Below the pieces are notes generated by a model that was not told the DNA's origin, made no database searches, and worked only from the letters and a program-made list of their open reading frames with translations. DNA of 64,000 bases from the human T2T-CHM13v2.0 reference genome, Homo sapiens: NCBI RefSeq assembly GCF_009914755.1, contig NC_060947.1; one strand, given 5' to 3'. A program made the position numbers and the translations under genes. Positions within the stretch are counted from its first letter, which is position 1, and each line of letters opens with the position of its first letter. This document shows, piece after piece, positions 16,657 through 33,735 of the stretch.

Positions 16657-18492
16657 TGTGTGTGATGTTTATATATAAAAGAACCTTGATTAATTGGTTT
16701 ACTAATAAGAAGAGCTTAAATAAAATATTTTGCCAGAAAAGTAAAAAATGTAATGCCTTTTGGTTCATATGACTTAAGTAATTTCTGGGAAATGAAAGCA
16801 GCTTTACTGATTATTGATAAAATAATGACATTTTGTCTAAATTAGGCAGGTCAGTTATTAAGTTTGCTAAACACTTTAAGATCATAAACTATTTCTTTGA
16901 CTTTTGAAAACTTCAATTTATCTACCTTGGAGACATTAGATACTAGACAAGGTCTGGGGACATGTGGAATTAGCCATGTTCCCTAGCTATGCAAAGGAGG
17001 TAATAAAGAAAAGGGATTTTATATAAGAAAGGATGTTTTATGTTAATTTATTTTCCTAAAGTAAAATTACTGGTTGTTTAGTAAGAGGAATGTTTAGGAA
17101 AAGTCAGAAAGTCCAATAATGTTGTAGATAGTCTGTGTAAGTCACTAAAGAATTTGTGGATCTGGCAAGATGGCTGAATAAGAACAGCTCCAGTCTGGAG
17201 TTTCCAGTGAGACCAACACAGAAGGTGGGTGATTTCTGTATTTCCAGCAGAGGTACATGTTTCATCTCATTGGGACTGGCTAGATAGTGGGTGTAGACCA
17301 AAGAGTGTAAGCAGAAGCAGGATGGGGCATCACCTCACCCGGGAAGTGTAAGGGATTGGGGAACTCCCTCCCCTAGCCAAGGGAAGCCTTGAGGGACTGT
17401 GCCATCAGGGATGGTGCTATCAGGCCCGGATGCTGTACTTTCCACACAGTTTCTGCAACCTGGAGATCAAAAGATTCCCTCAGGTGCCTACACCACCAGG
17501 GCCCTGGATTTCAAGCACAAAACTGGCCAGCTGTTTGGGCAGACACCAAGCTAGCTGCAGGAGTTTATGTTTGTACCCCGTGGTGCCTGGAATCCCGATG
17601 AGATAGAACCATTCACTCCCCTGGAAAGGGGGCTGAAGCCAGAAAGCCAAGTGTTCTTGTTCAATGGGTCCCACCTCCTCAGAGTCTAGCAAGCTAAGAT
17701 CCACAGACTAGAAATTCTCGCTGCAACCACAGCAGTCTGAAGTCGACCTGAGATGCTTGAGCTTGGTGGGGGGAATGGCATCTGCCAATACTGAAGATTG
17801 AGTAGGTGGTTTTCCCCTCACAGTGTAAACAAAGATGCTCAAAATTTGGATTCGGTGAAGCCTGCCACAGTATGGCAAAGCCACTGTAGCCAGACTTCCT
17901 CTCCAGATTCCTCCTCTCTGGGCAGGACGTCTCTTAAAGAAAGGCAGCAGCCCAGTCAGGGGCTTATAGATAAAATTCTCATCTCCATGGAAGAACCACG
18001 TGGGGGAAGGAGCGGCTGTGGACACAGCTTCAGCAGACTTAAATGTTCCTGCCTGCTGGATCTGAAGAGAACAGCAGATCTCCCAGCACAGCACTCGAGC
18101 TCTGCTATGGGAAAGACTGCCTCCTCAAGTGGGTGTCTGACACCCATGCCTCCTGATGGGGAGACACATCCCAGCAGGGGTCAACAGCCACTTCATATAG
18201 GAAAGCTCCAGCTAGCATCTGGTGAGTGCCCCTCTGGGACGAAAGTTCCAGGGGAAGGAGCAGGCAGCAATCTTTGCTGTTCTGCAACCTCCCCTGGTGA
18301 TACCCAGGCAAACAGGGTCTGCAGTAGACCTCCAGGAAACTCCAGCAGACGTGCAGAAGAGGGGCTTGACTGTTAGAAAAAAAATAACAAACAGAAAACA
18401 GTAATATCAACATCAACAAAAAGAATGCCCATGCAAAAACCTTATCTTAAAGTCATCTGCATTGAAGACCAAAGGTAGATAAATCCAGGAAG

Positions 18493-19524
18493 ATGAGAAA
18501 AAAACAGCGCAAAAATGCTGAAAATTTCAAAAACCAGAATGCCTCTTCCCCTCAAAATAATCCCAAGTCCTTGCCAGCAAGAGAACAAAACTAGATAGAG
18601 AATGAGTTTGATGAATTGACAGAAGTAGGCTTCAGAAGGTGGGTAATAACAAACTTCTCTGAGCTAAAGGAACATGTTCTAACCCAATGCAAGAAAGCTA
18701 AGAACCTTGATAAAAGGCTTCAAGAACTGCTAACTAGAATAACCAGTTTACAGAAAAACATAAATGACTTGATGGAGCTGAAAAACACAGCACAAGAACT
18801 TCATGAAGCATACACTAGTATCAATAGCCGAATCAATCAAGCAGAAGAAAATATATCAGAGATTGAAGATCAACTTTATGAAATAAAACGTGAAGACAGA
18901 ATTAGAAAAGAAAGAATAAAAAGGAATGAACAAAGCCTCCAAGAAATATGGGACTATGTGAAAAGACCAAACCTACGATTAATTGGTGTGCCTGAAAGTA
19001 ATGGGGGAAATGGGACAAAGTTGGAAAACACTCTTCACGCTATTACAGCAGAAGAACTTTCCCAACATAGCAAGGCAGGCCAATGTTCAAATTCAGGAAA
19101 TACAGAGAACACCACTAAGATACTTCTCGAGAAGAGCAATCACAAGACACATAATAATCAGGTTCACCAAGGTTGAAACAAAGGAAAAAATTTTAAGGGC
19201 AGCCAGAGACAAAGTTCAGGTTACCCACAAATAGAAGCCCATCAGACTAACAGCAGATATCTCTGCAGAAACACTACAAGCTAGAAGAGACTGAGGTCCA
19301 ATATTCCACATTCTTAAAGAAAAGAATTTTTCACCCAAAAAACAATTGCCCACCCAGGCAAACTAAGCTTTAAAAGCAAAGGAGAAATAAAATTCTTTCT
19401 AGAAGAGCAAACGGTGAGGGATATTGTCACCACCAGGTCTGCCTTATAAGAGCTCCTGAAGGAAGCACTAAATATGGAAACGAAAAACTGGTAACAGCCA
19501 CTTCAAAAACATACTGAAATATAA
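18493..19524 (+). pseudogene. Disabled L1 ORF1 (outer element)
   Basis: ORF1p peptides (RNEQSLQEIWDYVKRPNLRLIGVPE; RHIIIRFTKV) in shifted frames, with stops. Confidence 0.88.
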
Positions 19525-21584
19525 AGACCAATGATGCTGTGAAGAAACTGGATCAACCAGCTAGCATAATAATGACTGGATTAAATTCACACATAAAAAT
19601 ACTAACCTTAAATGTAAATGGGCTAAATGCCCCAATTAAAAGACACAGACTGGCAAACTGGAAGAAGAGTCAAAACCCAACAGTGTGCAATATTCTGGAG
19701 ACATATCTCATGTGCAAAGACACACATAGGCTCAAAATAAAGGGATGGAGGAATATATACCAAGCAAATGGAAAGCAAAAAAAAAAAAAAAAAAAAAAAA
19801 AAGCAGAGGTTGCAATCCTAATCTCTGATAAAACAGACTTTAAACCAGCAATGATTAAAAAAAAGACAAAAAAAGGGCATTACATAATGGTAAATGGATC
19901 AATGGAACAAGAGCTAACTATTCTAAATATATATTCACCCAATACAGGAGCACCCAGATTCATAAAGCAAGTTCCTAGAGGCCTAAAAAGGGACTTATAC
20001 TCCCACACAATAATAATGGGAGACTTTAACACACCACTGTCAATATTAGAAAGATCAACTGGAGAGAAAATTGACAGGAATATTTAGGACTTGAACACAG
20101 CTCTGGACCAAGCAGACCTAACAGACATCTACAGAACTATACACCCCATCTACAGAACTCTCCACCCCAAATCAATAAAATATACATTCTTCTTAGCACC
20201 ACATAGTACTTATTCTGAAATTGACCACATAATGGGAAGGAAAACACAACTCAGCAAATGTAAAAGAATGGACATCATGAAAAACAGTCTCTGAGACCAC
20301 AGAGCAATCAAATTAGAACTCAGATTTAAGAAACTCACTCGAACCTGAAAGCTACATGGAAACTGGACAACCTGCTCCTGCATGACTAGTGGGTAAAAAA
20401 CGAAATTAAGTCAGAAGTAAATAACTTCTTTGCAACCAATGAGAACAAAGCCACAACATACCAGAATCTCTGAGACACAGATAAAGCAGTGTTTAGAGGT
20501 CAGTGTTTAGAGCACTAAATGCCCACAAGAGAAAGCAGGAAAGATCTAATATCAACACACTAACATCACAATTAAAAGAACTAGAGAAACAGTAGCAAAA
20601 AAATTCAAAAGCTAGCAGAAGACAAGAAATTATTAAGATCAGACCATAACTGAAAAAGATAGAGATACAAAACAGCCTTCAAAAAATCTGAATCCAGGAG
20701 CAGGTTTTTTGAAAAGATTAACAAAATAGACCATTAGCCAGAATAATAAAGAAGAAAAGATGGCAGGTGGAGCCAAGATGGCCAAATAGGAACAGCTCCA
20801 GTCTACAGCTCCCAGCATGAGTGATGCAGAAGATGGGTGATTTCTGCATTTCCAAATGAGGTACTGTGTTCATCTCACTGGGGAGTGTTGGACAGTGGGT
20901 GAAGGACACTGGGTGCAGCACACCGAGGAGGAGCCAAAGCAGGGCAAGGCATTGCCTCACCTGGGAAGTGCAAGGGGTCAGGGAATTCCCTTTCATAGTC
21001 AAAGAAATGGGTGACAGAGGGCACCTGGAAAATCGGGTCACTCCCACCCTAATACTGCACTTTTCCAATGGTCTTAGCAAATGGCACACCAGGAGATTAT
21101 ATCCTGCACCTGGCTAAGAGGGTCCTATGCCCATGGAACCTCGCTCATTGCTGGCACAGCAGTTTGAGATCAAACTGCAAGGCGGCAGCAAGGCTGGGGG
21201 AGGGGCGCCCATCAATGCCTAGGCTTGAGTAGGTAAACAAAGCGCCAGGAATCTTGAACTGGGTGGAGCCCACCACAGCTCAAGGAGGCCTGCCTGCCTC
21301 TGTAGATGCCACATCTGAGGGCAGGGCATAGCCAAACAAAAGACAGCAGAAACCTCTGCAGACTTAAATGTCCCTCTCTGACAGCTTTGAAGAGAGTAGT
21401 GGCCCTCCCAGAATGTAGCTGGAGTTCTGAGAACGGACAGACTGCCTCCTCAAGTGGGTCACTGACCCCTGAGTAGCCTAACTGGGAGGCACCACACAGT
21501 AGGGGCAGACTGTCACCTCACAAAGCCCGGTACTCCACTGAGACAAAATTTCCAGAGGAACTATCAGGCAGCAACATTTGCTGT

Positions 21585-21734
21585 TCACCAATATCCACTG
21601 TTCTGCAGCCTCTGCTGCTGGGAAACAGGGTCTGGAGTGGACCTCCAGCAAACTGCAACAGACCTGCAGCTGAGGGTCCTGACTGTTAGAAGGAAAACTA
21701 ACAAACAGAAAGGACATCCACACCAAAACCCCAT
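21585..21734 (-). other. L1 ORF0-homologous antisense ORF (49 aa)
   Basis: Begins MGFWCGCPFCLLVFLLT.RTLSCRSV, the primate L1 ORF0 N-terminus, then diverges into the extra 5'UTR segment. No evidence of expression. Confidence 0.6.
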
Positions 21735-21781
21735 CTGTACGTCACCATCATCAAAGACCAAAGGTAGATAAAACCACAAAG

Positions 21782-22797
21782 ATGGGGAAAAAACAGAGCA
21801 GAAAAACTGGAAACTCTAAAAATCAGAGCACCTCTCCTCCTCCAAAGGAACGCAGCTCCTCACCAGCAGCGGAACAAAGCTCAATGGAGAATGACTTCGA
21901 TGAGTTGAGAGAAGAAGGCTTCAGATGATCAAACTACTCCGAGTTAAAGGAGGAAGTTCAAACCAATGGCAAAGAAGTTAAAAACCTTGAAAAACAATTA
22001 GAAGAATGGCTAACTAGAATAACCAATGCAGAGAAGCCCTTAAAGGACCTGATGGAGCTGAAAACCATGGCACAAGAACTACGTGATGAATGCACAAGCC
22101 TCAGTAGCCAATTTGATCAACTGGAAGAAAAGATATCAGTGATGGAAGATCAAATGAATGAAATGAAGCGAGAAGAGGAGTTTAGAGAAAAAAGAATAAA
22201 AAGAAATGAACAAAGCCTCCAAGAAATATGGGACTATGTGAAAAGACCAAATCTACTTCTGATTGGTGTACCTGAAAATGACGGGGAGAATGGAACCAAG
22301 TCGGAAAACACTCTCCAGGATATTATCCAGGAGAAATTCTCCAATCTAGAAACGCAGGTCAACATGGAAATTCAGGAAATACAGAGAACACCATAAAGAT
22401 ACTCCTCGAGAAGAATAACTCCAAGATACAAAATTGTCAGATTGACCAAAGTTGAAATGAAGGAAAAAATGTTAAGGGCAGCCACAGAGAAAGGTCGGGT
22501 TACGCACAAAGGGAGCCCATCAGACTAACAGCTGATCTCTCGGCAGAAACAATACAAGCCAGACGAGAGTGGGGGCCAATATTCAACATTCTTAAAGAAA
22601 AGAATTTTCAACCCAGAATTTCATATCCAGCCAAACTAAGCTTCATAAGTGAAGGAGAAATAAACTCCTTTACAGACAAACAAATGCTGAGAGATTTTGT
22701 CACCACCAGATCTACCCTAAAAGAGTTCCTGAAGGAAACACTAAACATGGAAATGAACAAAAAGTACCAGCCTCTGCGACAACATGCCAAATTGTAA
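21782..22797 (+). pseudogene. Disabled L1 ORF1 (inner element)
   Basis: ATG GGG AAA AAA CAG start. In-frame TGA at 21926 (CGA>TGA) and TAA at 22394. Ends ...CATGCCAAATTGTAA. Confidence 0.9.
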
Positions 22798-22860
22798 AGA
22801 CCATCGAGGCTAGGAAGAAACTGCATCAACTAACGAGCAAACTAAACAGCTAACATCATA

Positions 22861-26689
<3,829 letters not shown>

Positions 26690-29600
26690 ACAATGAGAGC
26701 ACTTGGACACAGGAAGGGGAACATCACACACCGGGGCCTGTGGTGGGGTTGGGGGTGGGGGGAAGGATAGCATCAGGAGATATACCTAATGTTAAATGAC
26801 GAGTTAATGGGTGCAGCACACCAACATGGCACATGTATACATATGTAACAAACCTGCACGTTGTGCACATGTTCCATAAAATTTAAAGGATAATAAAAAA
26901 AAGAAGAAAAGAATGACGAATCAAATAGACCGAATACAAAATAATAAAGAGGATATTTCCACTGATGCCACAGAAATACAAACTACTATCAGAGAATAGT
27001 ATAGACACCTCTACGCAAAAAAAAAAAAAAAAAAGAAAGAAAGAAAAAAAGAAACAGGAATCAAGAAAATCTAGATGAAATGGATAAATTCCTGGACACA
27101 TACACCCTCCCAAGACTAAACCAGGAAGAAATCAAATCCCTGAATAGACCGATAAGAAGTTCTGAATTTGACACAGTAATTAATGGCCTACCAATCAAAA
27201 AAAAAAAAAAAAAGCCCAGATCCAGACAGATTCACAGCAGAATTCTACCGGTTGTACGAAGAAGAGCTGCTACCATTTCTTCTGAAACTATTCCAAACAA
27301 TAGAAAAAGAGCGACTCCTCCCTAACTCATTTTATGAGGCCAGTATCATTCTGATACAAAAGCCTGGTAGAGACACAACAAAAATAGAAAAATTCAGGCC
27401 AATATCCCTGATGAACATTGAGAAAAAATCCTCAATAAAATACTGGCAAACTGAATCCAGTAGCTCATCAACACTTTATCCACCACGATCAAGTCGGCTT
27501 CAATCCTGTAATGCAATGTTGGTTCAACATATGCAAATCAATAATTGTAATCCATCACATAAATAAAACCAATGACAAAAACCACATAATTATGTCAATG
27601 AGTAGAAAAGGGCTTTGATAAAATTCAACACCTCTTCATGCTAAAATCTCTCAATAAACTTGATATTGATGGAATATTTCTCAAAATAATGAGAGCTATT
27701 TAGGACAAACACAGCGCCAATGTCATACTGAATGGCTAAATGCTGGAAGCATCCTCTTTTAAAAGCAGCACAAGACAAGAATGCCCTCTCTCACCACTCC
27801 TATTCAACACAGTATTGGAGGTTCTGGTAAGGGCATTCAGGCAAGAATAGAAATAAAGCGTATTCAAATAGGAAGAGAGGAAGTCAAATGGTCTCTGTTT
27901 GCAGATGACATGTTTGTATATTTAGAAAACCCAATCATTTCAGCCCCAAAAGTCTTTAAGCTGCTAGACAACATCAGGAAAGTCTGAGGATACAAAATCT
28001 ATGTGCAAAAATCACAAGCATTTTTATACACCAATAGTAGACAAACAGAGAGCTAAATTAAGAGTGAACTCCCATTCACAATTGCTACAAAGGAAATAAC
28101 ATAGTTAAGAATACAACTTTCAAGGGATGTGAAGGACCTCTTCAAGAAGAACTACAAACCACTGCTCAAGGAAATAAGAGAGGACACAAACAAACGGAAA
28201 AGCATTCCATGCTCATGAATCGGAAGAATCAACATAGTGAAAACAACCATAGTGCCCAAAGTAATTCATAGATTCAGTGCTATTGCCATCAAGCTACCAT
28301 TGACTTTCTTCACAGAATTAGAAAAAAACAACATGGTCCTAGTACCAAAACAGATATATAGACCAATGGAACAGAACAGAGGCGTCAGAAATACAACCAC
28401 ACATCTACAACCATCTGATCTTTGACAAACCTGACAAAAACAAACAATGGGGAAAGGATTCCCTATTTAATAAATGGTGTTGGAAAACTGGCTAGCCATA
28501 AGCAGAAAACTGAAACTGGACCCCTTCCTTACACCTTATACAAAAATTAACTCAAGATGGATTAAAGACCTAAATGTAAGTCCTAAAACCGTAAAAACTG
28601 TAGAAAGAAACCTACGCAATACTATTCAGGACAGAGGCATGGGCAAAGATTTCATGACTAAAACACCAAAAAGCAATGGCGACAAAAGCCAAATGTGACA
28701 ATTGGGATCTAATTAAACTAAAGAGCTTCTGCATAGAAAAAGAGACTATCATCAGAGTGAACAGGCAATTCACAGAATGGGAGAAAATTTTTGCAATCTA
28801 GCCATCTGACAAAGGGCTAATATTCAGAATCTATAAGGAACCTAAACAAATTTACAAGGAAAAACAGACAATCCCATCAAAAAGTGGACAAAGGATATGA
28901 AAAGACACTTATGAAAAAAGACATTTATGCAGCCAACAAACATATAAAAAAAGTTCATTATCACTGATCATGAGATAAATACAAATAAAACCACAGTGAG
29001 ATACCATCTCATGCCAATTAGAATGGCGATCATTAAAAAGTGAAGAAAAAACAGACGCTGGAAAAGACGTGGAGAAATAGAAATGCTTTTACACTGTTTG
29101 TGGGAGTGTAAACTAGTTACACCATTGTGGAAGACACTGTGATGATTCCTCAAGGACCTAGAACAAGAAATATCATTTGACCCAGCAATCCCATTACCTT
29201 GTATATACCCAAGCGATTATAAATTATTCTACTATAAAAACACATGCACACGTATGTTTATTGTGGCACTAGTCACGATAGCAAAGACTTGGAACCAACC
29301 CAAATGCCCATCAATGATAGACTGGATAAAGAAAATGTGGTACATATACGCCATGAAATACTATGCAGCCATAAAAGAGAATGAGTGTATGTCCTTTGCA
29401 GGGACAAGGATGAAACTGGAAACCATATTTCTCAGCAAACTAACACAGGAAGAGAAAACCAAACACTGCATGTTCTCAATCATAAGTCGGAGTTGCACGA
29501 TGAGGACACATGGGCATAGGGGTAGAAGCATCACACATTGGGGCCTGTTGTGGGGAAAGGATAAGGGGAGGGGGCATTAGGAGAAATACCTAATGTAGAT

Positions 29601-30875
29601 GACAGGCTGATGGGTACAGCAAACTACCATGGCACACATATACCTATGTAACAAACCTGCACATTCTGCACATGTATCCCAGAACTTAAAGTATAATTTT
29701 AAAAAAAGAGAATTTGAAAAGAAATATATGCAAGAAATAAGCAATCTAAAGGTTGTTAGGCCTCCTAAATTTTTCATAAAATGCCATTATGACTCTTAAC
29801 TGTACAACTTGCCTACTTTACAGGTAGCTAAGGCCTGGGAGGCATGGAGTTAGATGCTGGAAAATTGAGACCTTATCTGCACTACTTTCTGTGTCCTAGG
29901 CTCCACACTTAGTCTATAAATAAAATCTGATACTTATCAATATTTTTATTGAAAGTAAAAGTTGCTGAGAGTTAACAGTGTAACATGTATTTGAGACTAC
30001 TGAAAAACAGTTCTACTTGCAAGGCATGTAATAAAAGTAGAATGTACTTTTTGTAAAATATTCTAAGAAGGCATGGGAATGTGGATTTTGTGTCTCAGTT
30101 TACAGGGTTAAAGGATTGTGTTTTAAGTTAGGATAACACTAAAGGTTTAATCAAGTTGTGGAAGTTTTGTAAAAAAAAAATTGTAAGAGATTCTGTGTGT
30201 GAGCATACTGGCTAAAGTTAAATTGGTATTCAATTTTTCAATAAACATTGGGATAAAATTACAACAGGTTTTTCTTAAAGCAAAAACCTGCTTATAATCT
30301 GGTCTTTAACAAAAATTTGTAAAGGTTTATAAAAATCTTGTCTTATGATTAAACTGATTAAGATTGAATACACTTGTCTATAAAGTTTTTTTATTAAGAA
30401 TTGAGTTTGACATGAATAATGCACTAATGCAACAGTGACATTTGGCTTATTTAGTATAAAAATCATACAGGAAGCATTGTCAAACCTGAAATAGTGTTTG
30501 GCTTTCTTTGGGTTATATTTGTATAAATATGTTATTGGGATGTGTTCCAGAATAATTGGAAACTCCTGTAATTCTGATATGAGTTAGTGTGTTATTAATA
30601 GGTATAATTGTTACATAAAATCATTGTATGCCACAGAGGTAACCAAATTCCTCTGTAAATTGTGTTTTTGTCTGTGGCTGTCCTAAGATGTTTTGTCATC
30701 CTCAAACAATTGTTGACTTGTTTTGATCCTCTTCTAAAGGTTGTTTATAGTCAGTTATAGATCTCTAAGAGTTGTTCTTAAATGCAGGTTCCTGATAACG
30801 TTGGAGACTGTAACATTGGAATAGAGGAAAAATACTTTCAGAACTCTCAAACATAGCTGAAATATTCATAAAAAT

Positions 30876-31236
30876 TGATATGGTTTGGCTATGTCCCCAC
30901 CCAAATCTCATCTTGAATTGTAGGTACCATAATTCCTTCATGTTGCAGGAGGGACCCAGTGGGAGAGAATTGAATCATGGGGCCAGTTTCCCCCATACTG
31001 GTCTCATGGTAGTAAATATGTCTCACAAGATCTGATGATTTTATGAGAGGAAACCCCTTTCACTTGGCTCTCATTATTCTCTTGTCTGCCACCATGTGAG
31101 ACATGGCTTTCACCTTCTGCCATGATTGTGAGGCTTTCCCAACCAAGTGGATTTATAAGTACGTTAAGCCTCTTTCTTTTGTAAATTGCCCAGTCTCAGT
31201 ATTTCCTTATCAGCAGCATGACAATGAAGTAGTACA
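30876..31236 (+). mobile_element. Solo THE1 LTR (THE1B/C-like)
   Basis: tgatatggtttggctatgtccccacccaaatctcatcttgaattgtag...agtaca. Imperfect 5-bp TSD aaaat/aatat. Confidence 0.88.
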
Positions 31237-31956
31237 AATATCAAACAGAAGTTAACTGCATAGACTAAACTAGCAGGAGTCTAAAATAATATTTTTAACT
31301 TTTTGCTTAAAACGTTCCTGGTCTTCTGTTTTTCAAAGTCAAGCAAACTTTTCTTTTGAGCTATTTACAACTTTTAACAATTCAGTAATGTATACTTCCA
31401 CACGTGAACAAAATTTGGAGCATATTTGTTTCTACCTATTTTAAAATTTAAAAATTATTTGTGAGTATTCTTAATTTATGGCAATATAGTTATTTGCATA
31501 AATGCAATCACAATCTGTTTTCTTTTGCAATGGGACACAATTGGATAAAATGGTTATTTTACCAAGGCTTTGACTGGAATGGCATGCTTTTCTTTAAGAA
31601 ATCAAACTTGACTTGTAGAGCCAATACAAGCTTCTTGGGAAAGCTGGCTTTATACTTCATCTGCAACAGTCTCTGTACAAATTTCCTGATCTGTGGTAAG
31701 CAAAGAATGTCACTTTCTAAAAGGCCTGGGAGACTGAAGTTATCTTGGAACCTCAAGAGGAGAGGAATTTACCAAACTCATAGGTATTTGAGGGTACAAA
31801 CCCATGGCAGGGCTGCGCTTTTAAAAAGTCTTATCTGAGATTTCCTCTATGGAGCAGAGTTCCATTAAAGCCAATTTAAAAAGAGCTTATGTGAAAAGTA
31901 ACTATTATTGTTGCACTTTATACAAATAATCGGGACAAGTATCATAAAGTAAATCA

Positions 31957-32286
<330 letters not shown>

Positions 32287-32943
32287 TAAAACAAATCAGT
32301 CTTATCATGATTTGTCTTTAGTAAAAATGGGAAACTGGAGAGAAAAAATTGTGTTTCAAAAATTATGTTACACTTGTTATTAAATTCTAGTTTCATCAGT
32401 TGTTTTTGAGGTTCATTTCCTGCAATTTAGACTACCTCTGCCAATTTCTGCGAACCAAGCAGTGATCTCAGGCTTCTGCTCAGAAGAAACAAGAGTAATG
32501 AGTAAGGTAAAAATCTGAATCAATATTTTAATTCTTGCCTCATTGGAATTAGCTAGCAAACCCATATCAGCATGGTTCCAACAGTTGCCCAGTTCATGTA
32601 AAGCCTTCGAATTTTAGATTACTTCGGATAATTTTACTTATTTTGTTTTTCTATTGTGAAACACATTGCTGTTTCACACTTTGTATGGAAATGCAGAACA
32701 AACTTAATAAGTGTTTTCTTAATTCAAGCATTATTAATCTTCCAGATACCGCCTTTTGTCATAACTCAAGAATTATAAATGGCCCTTATCATACTGATGC
32801 TTCCTGACTGAGCTCCTCTCTACCCTGAATACAAGAGAATCTCATAGTTAGGCAGAAATATCATTGCCCTTATTCAGCCTGAAGAGGTTACAGAAAATGG
32901 ACTTTCAACCCTCTGCAACCCTTAGGATTAAGGGTTCTCTTAC

Positions 32944-32960
32944 AAAAGGGAGGGGGGAGA
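32944..32960 (+). promoter_or_regulatory. Polypurine tract of the MER41 provirus
   Basis: aaaagggaggggggaga immediately before the 3' LTR. Confidence 0.8.
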
Positions 32961-33408
32961 CGTAAGAGGTGTTTGAACCAGAGAAACTTCACCTTGAATG
33001 AGGTCTGGAGAAAATGAGGCTGTTAACTACTGGGTTGCATTCCCAGACAGTTAAAACATTCTAAGTCACAGGATGAGTTAGAAAGTCAGCCCAAGATACA
33101 GGTCACAAACACCTTGCTGATAAAACAGGTTGCAGTAAAGAAGCTGACCAAAACCCACCAAAATCAAGATGGTGACAAGATTGACCTCTGGTCGTCCTCA
33201 CGGCTACACTCTCACAATCAACATGACAGTTTACAAATGCATATGGCAATGACAAGAAGTTACCCCATATGGTCTAAAAAGGAAAAGTACGAATAATCCA
33301 CCCTTGTTTAGCATATCATCAAGAAATAACCATAAAAATAAGTAGCAAGCAACCCTTGAGGCTGCTCCGTGTAAAAGTAGCCATTCTTTGATTTCTTTAC
33401 TTTCTTAA
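32961..33408 (+). mobile_element. MER41A 3' LTR, truncated at the poly(A) signal
   Basis: Colinear with 13737-~14185; similarity stops at tactttcttaa. Confidence 0.88.
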
Positions 33409-33615
33409 GTAAAGTATTTCTGGGCAGTATTTCTGGGCTCTTTGTCCTTTTCTATTGGTCTATGTGCCTGTTTTTGTACCTTTACCATGCTGTTTTGATT
33501 ACTGTAGCCCTGTAGCATTGTTTGAATTTGGGTAGCATGGTGCCTCCAGGTTTGCTCTTTTTGCTTAGGATTACCTTGGCTATTTGGGCTCTTTTTTCAT
33601 TTCAAATGAATTTTA

Positions 33616-33730
33616 TCTTATTTTATTAATTTATTTACTTATTTATTTTTAATTGTATTTTAAGATCTCCCTTACATGCGCAGAATGTTCAGGTTTGTTA
33701 CATAGGTATACATGTGCCATGTTGGTTTGA
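33616..33730 (-). mobile_element. Short (~80 nt + tail) extra L1PA 3'-terminal fragment
   Basis: ttgtattttaagatctcccttacatgcgcagaatgttcaggtttgttacataggtatacatgtgccatgttggtttg with its own T-rich tail. Confidence 0.8.
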
Positions 33731-33735
33731 TTTGC

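Noticed and set aside
28321-28340. ~130-bp internal ORF2 deletion (also ~80 bp at ~34240 and ~1 kb at ~50000)
   Set aside because: Ordinary post-insertion decay with short microhomology (aaaac at 28325); not of independent interest.
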